NCBI GenBank assembly: GCA_050575255.1
Contig: JBNZDD010013472.1
Coordinates: 569,159 to 633,158, forward strand
DNA length: 64,000 nucleotides
From: Harriotta raleighana
Taxonomy: Eukaryota
Direction: 5' to 3'
Both the position numbers and the translations under genes were made by a program. Each line of letters starts with the position of its first letter. Position 1 is the first letter of the stretch. Below the pieces are notes generated by a model. That model was not told where the DNA came from, made no database searches, and saw only the letters and a list, made by a program, of their open reading frames with translations. This document shows, piece after piece, positions 52,401-64,000 of this stretch.

Positions 52401-53170
52401 AATAACAATAATCCTTAATTTGATATAGCGGCTTTTCACATCTTATCGACGTCTCAAAGCGCTTCACGGAATAGACTGTAAAGTGAATCGACTGTATATA
52501 TTGGTGGGCGAAACGCGGCAGCCAATTGCGCACAGCAACGTCCCCCACACAAACAGTCGTGGATTGAAATGACCAATTTTTTATTGTGGTTTTTTTTGAG
52601 GGATTAATATAAGGCATGTTTGTGTGTGTGTGTGTGTGTGGAGTAAGGAAACTTGCCCAAGGTTTTGCCCTGACCTGTCTGGATTCGAACACAGGTCTCA
52701 CCGTTGTAAGGCAAGTGCTCTAACCACTGAGGTAAAGGAGCTCCACCATGTTTAAAGATACTTAAGAGGATCCAAATCAGATTGAAAGTTCCACATCATG
52801 TATCACGTCTACAAGGAAATGTATCCATATCTGGAGAATGCAATGCTCACACACACTCTCTGTAAGGAACAAATCCTATTAATCCTGCACATAATAATAA
52901 TAATAATCCTTGCATTTGATATAGCGCTTTTCACATCTTATCGATGTCTTATGGTGCTTCATAGAATATACTGTAAACTGAATTGATCATATATAGTGGG
53001 CGAAACGCGACAGGCAATTGCGTACAGCTGCGACCCCCCCATAGTCATGGATTGAAATGATCAATTTTATAATTGTGGGTTTTTTGGGGGGAGGGAATAT
53101 TATTAGGCGTGTGTTTTGGCTGGTTTCGCCCTGATCTGCCTGGATTCGAACACTGGTCTCACACTTGTAA
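52401..53170 (-). mobile_element. Two tandem Deu-SINEs (52401-52744, 52891-53170)
   Basis: Same consensus. Confidence 0.88.
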
Positions 53171-54005
53171 TTGGCAAGAACCAAGGCTTAAGGACCTCAG
53201 AGTGTGTGTTGGGGTAGCTATTAGCTTTTGACTTGGCAAATAGTAATAATAATATTAATAATTCTTGCATTTGATATAATGCTTTGATAAAGCCATATAA
53301 AGTAGCTTGTCATTGATAGCACTAGTATGCTAGTTCACTCAGGCCCAACACATAAAAATACTCACTTCCATCCTAATCATTTTATATTCTATAATGCACT
53401 TTAAGATGCTCATTTGTACACTGGGTATACAGAGTGCAAAATCTTATCGTTGTCATCCTTTGGCTGGTTGTTTCCGAGTGGAAAGACATGGGTAAATAAA
53501 ATGTGCGAGCAAATTGGCAACTTAGCGTCTGGGAGTTTGATGGGGCTTTCTTTCTTATCTGTCCTCCTGAAAATCCCGTCAAAGCATCGAAATTTATCGG
53601 CAGATACCACGGCAGCAACCTTGCTCTCTGTCATAATCTAATCCAGAAACTAATTCAGATTGCTGGCTTTTTTCTTTTGCTGGCAGAGTGATATTAATAA
53701 GGACATAAATAAAGTTTATCAGCACTGGCATTCAGCCTAGCTGCCAGCCGTGATCCATTCCCCCACTTCAATTCCTACACAGATCATTTATTTACACTCA
53801 TTTTGCCAGCAAACCACAAAAGCTAGATTCTTCTCTGTGCCAAGGATACTTTCAACCCAAACCAACCCAACGCACCAACAACAACAACTTGCATTGATGC
53901 AACGCTTCCCCATACAGGGTAGCCTCCCAGATGCATTTTACGTTAAACAGAATCAAGCGGATATTCCAGAGGCTGATCCCATCCCCCACAACATAGCTAT
54001 TTTGT

Positions 54006-54110
54006 GGAGCTCCAGTAGCTCAGTGGGTCAGAGCACTCGCCATACAAATGTGAGACCTGTGTTTCAAATCCAGGCAGGTCAGGGCGAAACCCTGGGCAAG
54101 TTTCCATACT

Positions 54111-54158
<48 letters not shown>

Positions 54159-54372
54159 CTAACAATAATTCGTCCCCAAGAAAAACAATAATAAAATTAG
54201 TCATTTCAATTCAATCGTTCGTGAGGGAAGCTGCTGTGCGCAATTGGCTGCCGCGTTTCGCCCACAAATATACACAGTCAATTCACTTTACAGTATATTC
54301 TGTGAAGCGCTTTGAGACGTCGATAAGATGTGAAAAGCCATTATATCAAATGCGAGGGTTGTTATTATTATT
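54006..54372 (+). mobile_element. Deu-SINE, full length with expanded (CA)n
   Basis: Same consensus. Confidence 0.9.
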
Positions 54373-57028
54373 ATATATATATACATACACACACACACCA
54401 CTGTGTAAAAGATTATTATAATATAATTCTTATTTGATATATTATTATTGTAACCTGATTAGGGGTTCTGAGTTTGACCTTGGTCGACAAAGAGGATCAG
54501 TGTGGTTGCTTTTATATCCCACTAGGGGACGATATTGCGGTTTAAATCCAGCCTCACAGCACAGTCAACGTGGGTATGTCGCCCACGTTTTACTGAATAC
54601 ATTCGTTACAAAGAGAAAGTCTGCCCCCATTTCCTCTCTCCTTTTGGGGGAACGCGGGGAGGGTGGGTGGGGGGAAAGCATGGCAGCCTGAAGTGCTTAT
54701 GATCTGAAAGATTGCAACAACAAAAAATTGCCAAATAAAAAAAACACATCCATCCATCACATCCGAGCAGCTTGTGCTTCTCTTTCAAAGCAGAGATGTC
54801 CTTGACAGTAATGAAACCTGTACAGGATTCTTTCCACCCTCTGCCACTCACACACACACACACACACCCCACCCCACCCCAAAGATCATTCTAAAACATA
54901 GATCCCCCATTTGCCTTTGGAGTTTGGTCCACAAAACACAGTCAATTCACTTTACAGTTATATCCCGTGAATCACTTTGAGACGTTGGCGTGAAAGGTGT
55001 TGCACAAAATGTCATTTTGGTTGTTGCTGTTGCGAAGACGTGATAAGGCGCTGTATCAAAACGCCAGGATTATTCTTGTGTTTTTTTTAACTGTGTATTT
55101 ATTGGCTTCAGATCTCAATCCATTAAGTAGCGCTGGGGAGGGTGGGTGGGGGGGTGGGAGGGGGGCAGATTTAACAACCCGTCACCCCTGATTGCGGAAG
55201 GTGGTGGATCGGCTGTGAATTATTGCTGGGAGCACGAAGGGAGGTCGGAAACAGATGCTTTTTGTACAAAGGCTCATTAGGATGCGGAGTGCGTTTACCA
55301 CAAGAGCCGTTTAGCTGGAGCCGAGTCCATTACATCATTTAAAAGGGAATTCGAGAGACACTTGAAGGGTAAACGTATATTTTTTTTTTAAAATAGCTTT
55401 CGGGGAGAGAAAGAGCAGGTGAATGGGATTAGAGTAAGGAGAGAGGGAGGGAGAGAGGGAGGAAGGTTGATTCGGGTGTGATGTAACTTTCTGATTGTGC
55501 TGAATTTTCAATGATTCAATGAAACTTGACCTTGTCTTGACTGACTCCCCACCTCCCTCCCCATCCCCCCACTACACACACACACACACCACACACAGTG
55601 ACAGATTGAAACCCATCAATGGCAGCATAGAGGTTTGTGATTCTAAATTCCTGATGTGATACTTGACACTCACATTCTTCTGACTCCCAGGTTAGAGGGA
55701 GCAACCACTGAGCTGGGCTGACACTCTCCAGTAACATGATGTTCATTTCACTGCAAAAAAGAGATACCCCAAAGGGTATGTAAATAACAACAATGATAAT
55801 AACAATAATCCTTGCATTTGATATAGAGGCTTTTCACATCTTATCGATGTCTCAAAGCGCTTCACAGAATAGACTGTCAAGTGAATTGACTGTATATTTG
55901 TGGGGGCGAAACGCGGCAGCCAATTGCGCATAACACAGCGCAAACAGTCCCACAAACGCTGTCTCTGACAGTGATGCCCCTTTAAGTAGAAGGCTTCAAA
56001 GGGTATGTCTGTTCTCTGATGTCAGTGTTGGGCAATCAGAGGAGAGTGGAAACACACCAAATTATTTATTGTGTATCGCAATCACCGCTCTGTGTCGGTC
56101 GCTGGAAAGACGTCTCATTAATCCTAACACCTTTTGGTTCGCCATTACATTCTGTCTGTTTGTTTAAGGTTCTGTTAAGTTTCCGAAAGCCTGTGACTGA
56201 GCAGGCTCCGTGAGTAATTGGTGCGGTAGTAGAGGTGCCTGTCACGCGATCCGAATCAGCAAACAGCAGCGTTGAAGTCATTAATAAATAGCCCAAGTTG
56301 CTTGACTCTTGCAGAGAGAGAAAGAGAGAGAGAGAGAGACCCATCTGTTAGTGGTGGATTCCCAGAGCTCCGAGGCATCTCGCGCCCAGGCAGCAAAAAA
56401 CAACAAGGCGGAGGTTTGTAAAGGGAAGGTTGGGGGTGGGGGGATGGGGGGGGGGGATCTGTGATGTGGTCTGAACTATGAAACGATAATGCATTGGATA
56501 AGAGCATCTACGAGTGGCTGGAATGCGTCACCAGATCGGTTTGGATGAAGAAAGCCCTTCAGCTCATTGGGTCTGGTGATTCCAGAGCACCCACCCGAAC
56601 ACCTTCCCGTCACAGCATCAAGCTGTTTGTTAAATCAGTCCCATTGTCTATCCGTCCATCTGTCCCCAATTCAACCAGCATCTAGGCCAACCTGTTCGCA
56701 TTTTAGTTCATGGCCTTACGGGTAAATATATATTTTTTCTAAATCCTAGTGTGTCCGTCCCGAAAATCTAAACCTTTATCCTCTAGTTTTACTCTCTGGG
56801 TGTATCCTAAAGATGGATGGATTGCTGTCAAGTGTAATGACTGTGTTTGCCTTACAAACACAGCAGCCAATCTGCGCATAGTGAGGTCCCACAAATAGTC
56901 AGGAAAGTAAATGATGCCAGCGGAGATCGGGACACAACTCCGTTCGAATGGAGCCCCAGCCCCTTCCTCAACCGCGTGGATGTGGACGAGTTTCTCGCAG
57001 GACAACGGGAGGAACGATGAGAAACATG

Positions 57029-57400
57029 ACTCCTGTAGCTCAGCGGGTTAGATGGTTAGAGCACTCGCCTTACAAGCGTGAGTCCTGCGTTCGAATCCAG
57101 GCAGGTCAGGGTGAAAGCTTGGGCAAGTTTCCTTACTCCACACACACACACAAACACACACACACACCTAATACGTAATAAGAATCCACCCCCCCTCCCC
57201 CCAAAAAAAACAAATGATAAAATTGATCATCTCAATCCACGACTGTTTGTGGGGGACGCTGCTGTGCACAATTGGCTGCTGCGTTTCGCTCTCCCACTCA
57301 AATATATGCAGTCAATTCACTTTACGGTGTATTCTGTGAAGCACTTTGAGACGTCGATAAGATGTGAAAAGCGCTGTATCAAATGCCAGGATTATTATGA
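57029..57400 (+). mobile_element. Deu-SINE, full length
   Basis: Same consensus. Confidence 0.9.
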
Positions 57401-58058
57401 TGATGACAAAGCACCATTGGATCCACTGCTGTCTCCCGCGGCCTCTGCTGTAGTCCATCAAGGAAGAGAAAGTCCATCAATGTTCACTGGTTGATGCCCG
57501 CGAGTGGCTCGGAGTGTGGATCTACATACGTTTCAGACCCACGTTTGGACACTGATTCATTCAGTGGACAGAAACGACAGCAGTGTATTTACCGAAAGAA
57601 AACCCTATCAATTTTAATGACCAGCTTCTCGCTCACTCCATTCCCTTTCGGAGCAGACAAAATACAGGGGAGGGAGGGAGGGAGAAAGAGAGGCAGGAAA
57701 GAAGGGAGGGATTCCCCATGCGTGTATGTGTGTGTGTCTCTCTCTCTCACTCTCCTGGCTAATTAGACCCTTAAGACATCAGAAAACTCCCCAGATGTTT
57801 GAGAAGCAAGGGCAGGCGAGGATAGGATACGTTCGTCAGCACATTGCCTTCTGCTGATAGGAAATCCCTTCTTGTGTCTCTCTGATCAGACTTGGAAACT
57901 TGTCAGTCGTTTATGTTTGTTGTTTCAGACCACGTGTGTCTTCCAGCCCACACCCTCCCTCCCCCCCATGTCAGGGACTTCTGATTTGAGCTCACATTCT
58001 CGGCCTGACGCAAAATTACAACAACAACAATAACTTGCAGATTAGCCTCCAGATTACT

Positions 58059-58900
58059 GGAGCTCCTATAGCTCAGCGGTTAGAGCACTCGCTTTATAAG
58101 CCCTCGAGACCTGTGTTCGAATCCAGGCCGGTCAGGGCGAAATCTTGGGCAAGTTTCCGTACTTCATACACAAGCCTAATAATAATAAACCCTCCAAAAA
58201 AAATCCCATAAAAATAAAATTGATCATTTCAATCCACGACTGTTTGTGGGGACCCTGCCATGCGCAATTGGCTGCCGCATTTCGTTCACAAATATAGTCA
58301 ATTTACTTTACAGTATATTCTGTGAAGCACTTTGAGATGTCTAGAAGATGTGAAAAGCACTATATCAAATGCAAGGATTATTATTATATTATATATTACA
58401 CCCCCGTCAGGCGAGAAGGAGCATAATAACAAGAAAGAGTCTGAGGATATGGGTTATTATTATAATAATAATAATTCTTGCATTTGATATAGTGCTTTTC
58501 ACGTCTTCTAGACCAGTGGTTCTCAACCAAGGGTACATGTCCCCCGGGGAGTACAAAATTACTTCTAGGAGGTACAGGTGGGGGTACATTGATTTATTTA
58601 ACTCTCTTATTTAGCGTTTTCTAGCCTTCCAAATTGTATATTTAATTGTTATTCCCCTGGTTTTGTATTTGCTAATTCTAATTGAATAATAATATAATAA
58701 TAATAATCCTTGCATTTGATATAGTGCTTTCCACATCTTATCAACGTCTCAAAGCGCTTCACAGAATAGACTGTGAATTGAATTGAGTCTATATTTGTGG
58801 GCGAAACCAATTGCGCACAGCAGCGTCTCGTCCCCCCACAGACAGTCGTGGATTGAAAATGAGCAATTTTTATTATTGTGTTTATTTTTGGAGGGATTAG
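58059..58900. mobile_element. SINE cluster: plus 58059-58392, minus tail 58455-58513, minus 58688-58900
   Basis: Matches to the in-window consensus. Confidence 0.88.
58514..58600. mobile_element. hAT-Charlie-like transposon end
   Basis: TIR-like CAGTGGTTCTCAACC directly after TTCTAGAC (NTCTAGAN Charlie target preference). Second TIR not found. Confidence 0.6.
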
Positions 58901-59929
58901 CATGTGCTAGTTCAGCTGGAGGGTGGGTGGGTGATGCCAAGGAGAGTTGAGGCAGATTCGGTTCTCTGTGCAGGTGCGGGGAAGAGTGTATGATTGCAAT
59001 TACATATTCGAGAGAGAGCTTTCTGTTGTGTTCAGTCAAGTTGCAGGTAATGCATATATTCATTTGTATGCAGATGGACTGTGTTGCCTTTGGCTAATCA
59101 CTCACTGCAAGACAAATGTGATCGAGAAAGCATTTAGGACAGACACACCACAGGATATTTTAAATATATATATATAAAATAAATGAAAATAAATAAAAAT
59201 GCAGCTCTATTTAGCTTCGCTTGCACGTTTTCTTTGTGGAGATGAGTCGATTGGCTTTTGTGTGTGTGGCTTATCAACAGTGTCTCTGCCCTTGGGGAGG
59301 CTCACAAGAACTGAGAAGGGAGAAGGAGGGAGGGAGAGATGGAGGTTGTGAGAGATTTTGTGTGCTGTTCCTTGCTTTTGTATTGGTTGATTAAAACCCT
59401 GAACTGCTTTTTTTCCCCCCACTCTCTACAGTGGAATACTATACTGTACTGGGTAGATAGATGCACGCAGAATTAATTATAACCCAGGCTATGTTCTGGG
59501 CGTTGCAGGCAGAGACACACAGAGAGAGGGGGAAGAGAGAAAATAAAATGAGACATATTCATACATCTAATAAAACAAATGTGTGATTGCTGCAATGGCT
59601 TTGAATCTGATTTGGGTGGGGGAAGGGGAAATGGTGGTGGGGTGGGGAGACAGGAAGATAGAAAAGGTAAATACAACTAGAGATTTAAATAAGTGCAAAT
59701 GAATTGCAAACACAGTATTGAAAATGGGAGTCAGACTCGAATGGCAATAATCTATTCCATTGCTTTGGTGGTTTTATGTCCCTCTCTCTTCATACAGTAT
59801 TTCCCCTCCCAACACACACACCCCTTTCCCCATCCCCACCACCATAAAAAAAAAGTCCCACACATTTTATTATCCTCAATAAATTAGGGAGGGAGGGGGC
59901 ATTTAAAGTGGGGTTAGGAGGAAGGTGGA

Positions 59930-60200
59930 GTAGGAGAGCCCGCCTCCCTCGCCTCCTATTGGTCCGCAGCCGGAGCCATTGAACCCGGCAACCGAACGGT
60001 TCGATTGGTGCGTCGAGGTGCCGCTCAGACAGGGCGCGGCCGCGGATTGGTCGAGCCTGGCCGCCTGTCAGGGCGGTGGGCAGATGGTCCCGCCCTCCAA
60101 CCCCGCCCCCTCCTCAACGCTAATCGGCTACATTGTTGCCACGCCGCGGCTTTCATGTGTGTTTGGTTACAATCTCAGCTGATCAGAGAGTTCCAGTCAT
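59930..60200 (+). promoter_or_regulatory. FRMD5 CpG-rich promoter
   Basis: CpG cluster with inverted CCAAT boxes (ATTGG at 59958, 60004, 60046) and GC box CCCCGCCCC near 60101. Confidence 0.7.
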
Positions 60201-60655
60201 CTACACACATACACACACACTCTCTCTAGTCTCTCTCTGTGTGTGTGTGTGTCTCTCTCTCTCTCAGGGTAGCCAGGCAAGGATGAACTGTCTGTGGGAT
60301 TGGGATCCTATCCCGAGTCGGCACACAGGCTGAAAAAAGAGAGAGAGAGAGAGAGAGCTCGGTCGTGCCCCCGCCCCTACCCCCCCCCCCCCAAANCCCC
60401 CCCAAAAAAGAGAGAAAGAAAGAAGACAAGAGAGAGCGAATAAACCCTCTTTATTTTAATTTTTTTATTTAAATAGATATATGGAAAAATAAATCGACTG
60501 CAAAAAAAAACCTTCCGACCACAAGATATATTTTTTACTCTACGCTTTCTTATTCCCTCCCCATCCAACCTTCCTTTTATTGTTCTCTCTCTCTCTCATA
60601 TATATATATATTTTTATATATTATTTTTTTCGCGTCCGCATCGAAATTCTAAAAG

Positions 60656-60757
60656 ATGTTGAGCCGATTGCGGAGCGGTAGCATCAGGAACCTGGATCGG
60701 GAGTACGACTGCACAGTCAGGCTTTTGGACGACACGGAATATACCTGCACAATCCAG
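60656..60757 (+). CDS. FRMD5: FRMD5 first coding exon (start of FERM domain); the gene continues beyond the window
   Basis: [34 protein letters not shown] matches the recalled FRMD5 N-terminus. 102 nt, donor CAG|GTCTGT. Divergent from GOLM2, as in mammals. Confidence 0.93.
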
Positions 60758-61544
60758 GTCTGTACAATGCAATCTTTCTCTCTCTCTTGTGTGAGTGCAT
60801 GTGTGTGTGTTGAATTGTCGTGTGTATGTGTGTGTGTTGAAATATATGTGTGTATGTATGTGTGTGTGTGTGTTGAATTGTGTGTGTGTGTGTGTTGCAA
60901 TGGCATGTTTGTGTGTGTATGTATGTATGTGTGGGTGTGTGTGATAATGGGGGGTGGTGAGTGGGAGCTGTGATCCGTTTATATCTTTAAATACTAATCT
61001 AACCACATGCTTATGTTTCTTTGCATTGCACAACGAATATTATGTGTGTGTGTGTGTGTCGTTTTTTTTAGGGGGGGTGGGGGGAGATTCTGCTGTTTTG
61101 CATGTTAAAACCGAGAAATAGCTCAGTGCACACAACACGCCCCGCCCCATTTGTGTGTATGTCTGTCTCTCCCTCTGTGAGCTGTTGTCAGTGTGTGTGT
61201 GTGTGTGTATGTGTGTGTGCAATCCAGAGACTTGTCATCTCAGAGCCTTGTGTTAACTTTTCCCTCACGAAGAGCGGTTGCTGGACTGGTGTTGAGGCAG
61301 AACATTGTGTATCTGGGTGGGTGGGTGGGTGGAGAGTGGGTGTGGGGGGCATCTAAAGTGATGCTTTGCAACTCAGTTGTATTCAACAGACTGTGTGGAG
61401 CTTATCAGTCAGTGCCAAGTAGCTCGACCCTTTCTCTCAACCTAATGTGACATCAAGATCCTCATTCCTTCCCTCCCTCNNNNNNNNNNNNNNNNNNNNN
61501 NNNNNNNNNNNNCCCCCCCCCCCCCCCCCCCCCCCCCCCAGTCT

Positions 61545-61862
61545 ACATCTCCAACCTCCCCTCCTCACATCAGTACTCACTGCCTCCGCTCTACTGGGTC
61601 TGCCTGGCCTCCTTTCTTGTGTCCCCCGCCCGATCCTCCGCTCCACCATATGGCGGCCATGCTTTCAGCCCCAAAACTTTGGAGCTCCCTCCCTCAATCC
61701 CTATCACCTCTCTCTCTCCTCCTTTCCCATCTTCAGTTCACGCCTGAAGACCTCTCTCTTCGAATGACAATGCGTTTACATTCACCGCCTACCCCCCTCC
61801 CCCTCACCCCACCGGCTCGTCCCCCGCGTGGAGGGCGCTGTATAAATACAAGTTGTTGTTGA
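61545..61862 (+). mobile_element. L2 LINE 3' fragment
   Basis: PKLWSSLP and FSSRLKTSLF remnants, followed by the tail gtggagggcgctgtataaatacaagttgttgtt. Confidence 0.8.
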
Positions 61863-62459
61863 TGGTGATGTCTTGTCTATCGGTGGAATATCCATCCGTG
61901 TGTAGATGGGATGCTTTGAACTCACAGTAGGAATGAAAACGCTTGTCAAATGTTGGGAGAGTTGGCAGGTGCGACTGAGGCAGTATTCATTCCAACCTGA
62001 GCTCAACAGAAATGGATGGANCCCGCGTGGAGGGCGCTGTATAAATACAAGTTGTTGTTGATGGTGATGTCTTGTCTATCGGTGGAATATCCATCCGTGT
62101 GTAGATGGGATGCTTTGAACTCACAGTAGGAATAAAAACGCTTGTCAAATGTTGGGAGAGTTGGCAGGTGCGACTGAGGCAGTATTCATTCCAACCTGAG
62201 CTCAACAGAAATGGATGGGTAGCTCGGCTTTGAATAACAAATCCGGGGTAATACAAACAAGCGTTTCCAATCCGGTTAAGTGTGTATGGGTGGGTGGTGG
62301 TGGGGGGGGGGGGGGGGAGGGGAGGAGAAAAGGGAGAATTTCTGAATGAGTGTTAGCTTTGTGTAACATATTAATTCCGTGAGCAGACACCCAACCCTCT
62401 GAGAACCAATTGTTTTAATGTAGGAAAAAGCGAAATTACATTGGTAGGACAAAAAAATG

Positions 62460-64000
62460 AGTTAAATTGATAATTTCAACCCATGACTGTTTGTAGGGGG
62501 AGGGCGGGGAAATGGGGATTACACGGGACGCTGCTGTGCACAATTAGCTGCCTCGTTTCGTCCGTAAATATCTACAGTCAATTCACTTGACAGAAAATCC
62601 TGTGTAGTGCTTTGAGACGTCTAGAAGACGTGAAAAGCGCTATAGCGAATGCAAGGATTAGCAAACGCAAGGATTGTTGGTATTATTATTATTTGTCCTC
62701 CTACGGGGGGCAAAACAATTAGCCTATTAAAAGATTATTGTTGTTCTAATAATAATCCTTGAGTTTGATATAGCGCTTTTCACGTCTCGTAGATGTCTCA
62801 AAGCGCTTCACAGAATATACTGCAAAGTGAATTGACTGTATGTATATTTGTGGGCGAAACGCGGCAGCTTGTACAGTATCTTGTAAAATGCTTTCAAACC
62901 AGGCTCGTGACGGGGAGCGTTGTGGGGGGAGTTAGGGAGGAGGGGGGTAGAGAGAGTCGGAGGAGGAGGGGAGGAGTGTGGGTGGGGGGGAAGGGGGAGG
63001 TAGCGCTAGGGCAAGGATGTAAGACAAAAACTGCCGCATCCATTTCACCTGCCGCTGGTTGGAAGAGAAGCAGATTGAGGGATGGTACCTGATGCAGTTG
63101 GTATAGGAACCTGCTGCTTCCTTTCGGAAACAGGAGAGACTGCGCTCAAGGAATGTTATAGCAACTCAGCTTCACGCTCCGGGTTGTGTTGAGAACATCT
63201 GCTTCTACACGATTGCTCAATTATCTCTTCCCTCCCTCCCTCCTTCTCTTCTCTCCTCCGCTCCCCCCCCCCCGCCCCAACCCCACCCACCTCCCCTTCC
63301 AACCCCCACCCACCCAACCCACCTCCCCCTCCAACCCTCACCCACCCAACCCCCCCCACCCCTCCCAACCCACCACTGGTGTCTGAATAGATTAGTTTTC
63401 CACTGTTAGACTGTCGGCCGTGATTGTTGGGGGAGGAGGGGAAATGTCCGGTAATGATAATACTGTAAATAACCATCCTCGCATTCGATGGAGCGACCTT
63501 TCACGTCGGGAGAAGGTCTCGAAGCGTTTCACGGGATTGACTGTAAAGCGTTGTGTATTTTACTGCGTATTTTTTGCAGACCAGTGTCCTCATAGCCAGA
63601 GACGAACCTAGCCTGCGTATTACAAAAAAATTGTAGTCACTCACTCCACGACTGTTTATGGGACACTGATCAGCGCAATTGGCTGCCGCGTTTCGCCCTC
63701 TAAATTACACGGTCAACAGACTTTACAGTGTGTTCTGAGAAGCGCTTTGAGATGTCTCAATGTCGTGATAATGTGCTATAGTAAATTATTATAATAATAA
63801 GAATCCTGGCATTTGATATAGCGGCTTTTCACATCTTATCGATGTCTCAAAGTGCTTCACAGAATAGACTGTAAAGTGAATTGACTGGATATTTGTGGGA
63901 GAAATGCAGCAGCCAATTACACACAGCAGCGTCTCCCCCCCTCCCCCCACCCCCACAAATAATAGCGGATTGAAAATGACCGATTTTTTTTATTATTGTG
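62460..64000. mobile_element. SINE 3' halves in FRMD5 intron 1: plus 62460-62692, minus 62748-62868, plus 63640-63790, minus 63791-64000
   Basis: Deu core and tail matches in alternating orientation. Confidence 0.85.

Noticed and set aside
53750-54421. 223-aa ORF and recurring peptides such as HFTVYSVKRFETS
   Set aside because: Chance translation of SINE copies.
61823-62218. About 198-bp near-perfect tandem duplication
   Set aside because: Single N at 62021 between the copies, so an assembly artefact.

Overview
Eukaryotic (vertebrate) genomic DNA, most likely a cartilaginous fish such as a chimaera. This is inferred from the repeat content: a dense tRNA-headed Deu-domain SINE plus L2 and CR1 LINE ends. 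The window holds the complete 11-exon coding sequence of GOLM2/CASC4 on the minus strand (46411 to 18175, 1575 nt, 524 aa, all introns GT-AG and phase-compatible). The first coding exon of FRMD5 lies on the plus strand (60656-60757), head-to-head with GOLM2. A third CpG-rich promoter-like region around the 13.1-13.6 kb gap is probably the CTDSPL2 5' end by synteny, but no CTDSPL2 coding sequence was found. There are no prokaryotic features, and almost all entries in the ORF track are spurious. The most unusual structure is a non-SINE 71-bp inverted repeat (67/71 matches) that brackets GOLM2 exon 2. That exon is a frame-preserving 171-nt exon carrying the RLEKR-NS convertase motif, so the repeat is a candidate RNA-structure switch for skipping or circularisation. 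Also notable are a G-quadruplex-type 39-bp minisatellite abutting the exon 1 donor, several tail-to-tail SINE hairpins, and two DNA transposons nested in SINE tails. All functional interpretations are inferences.
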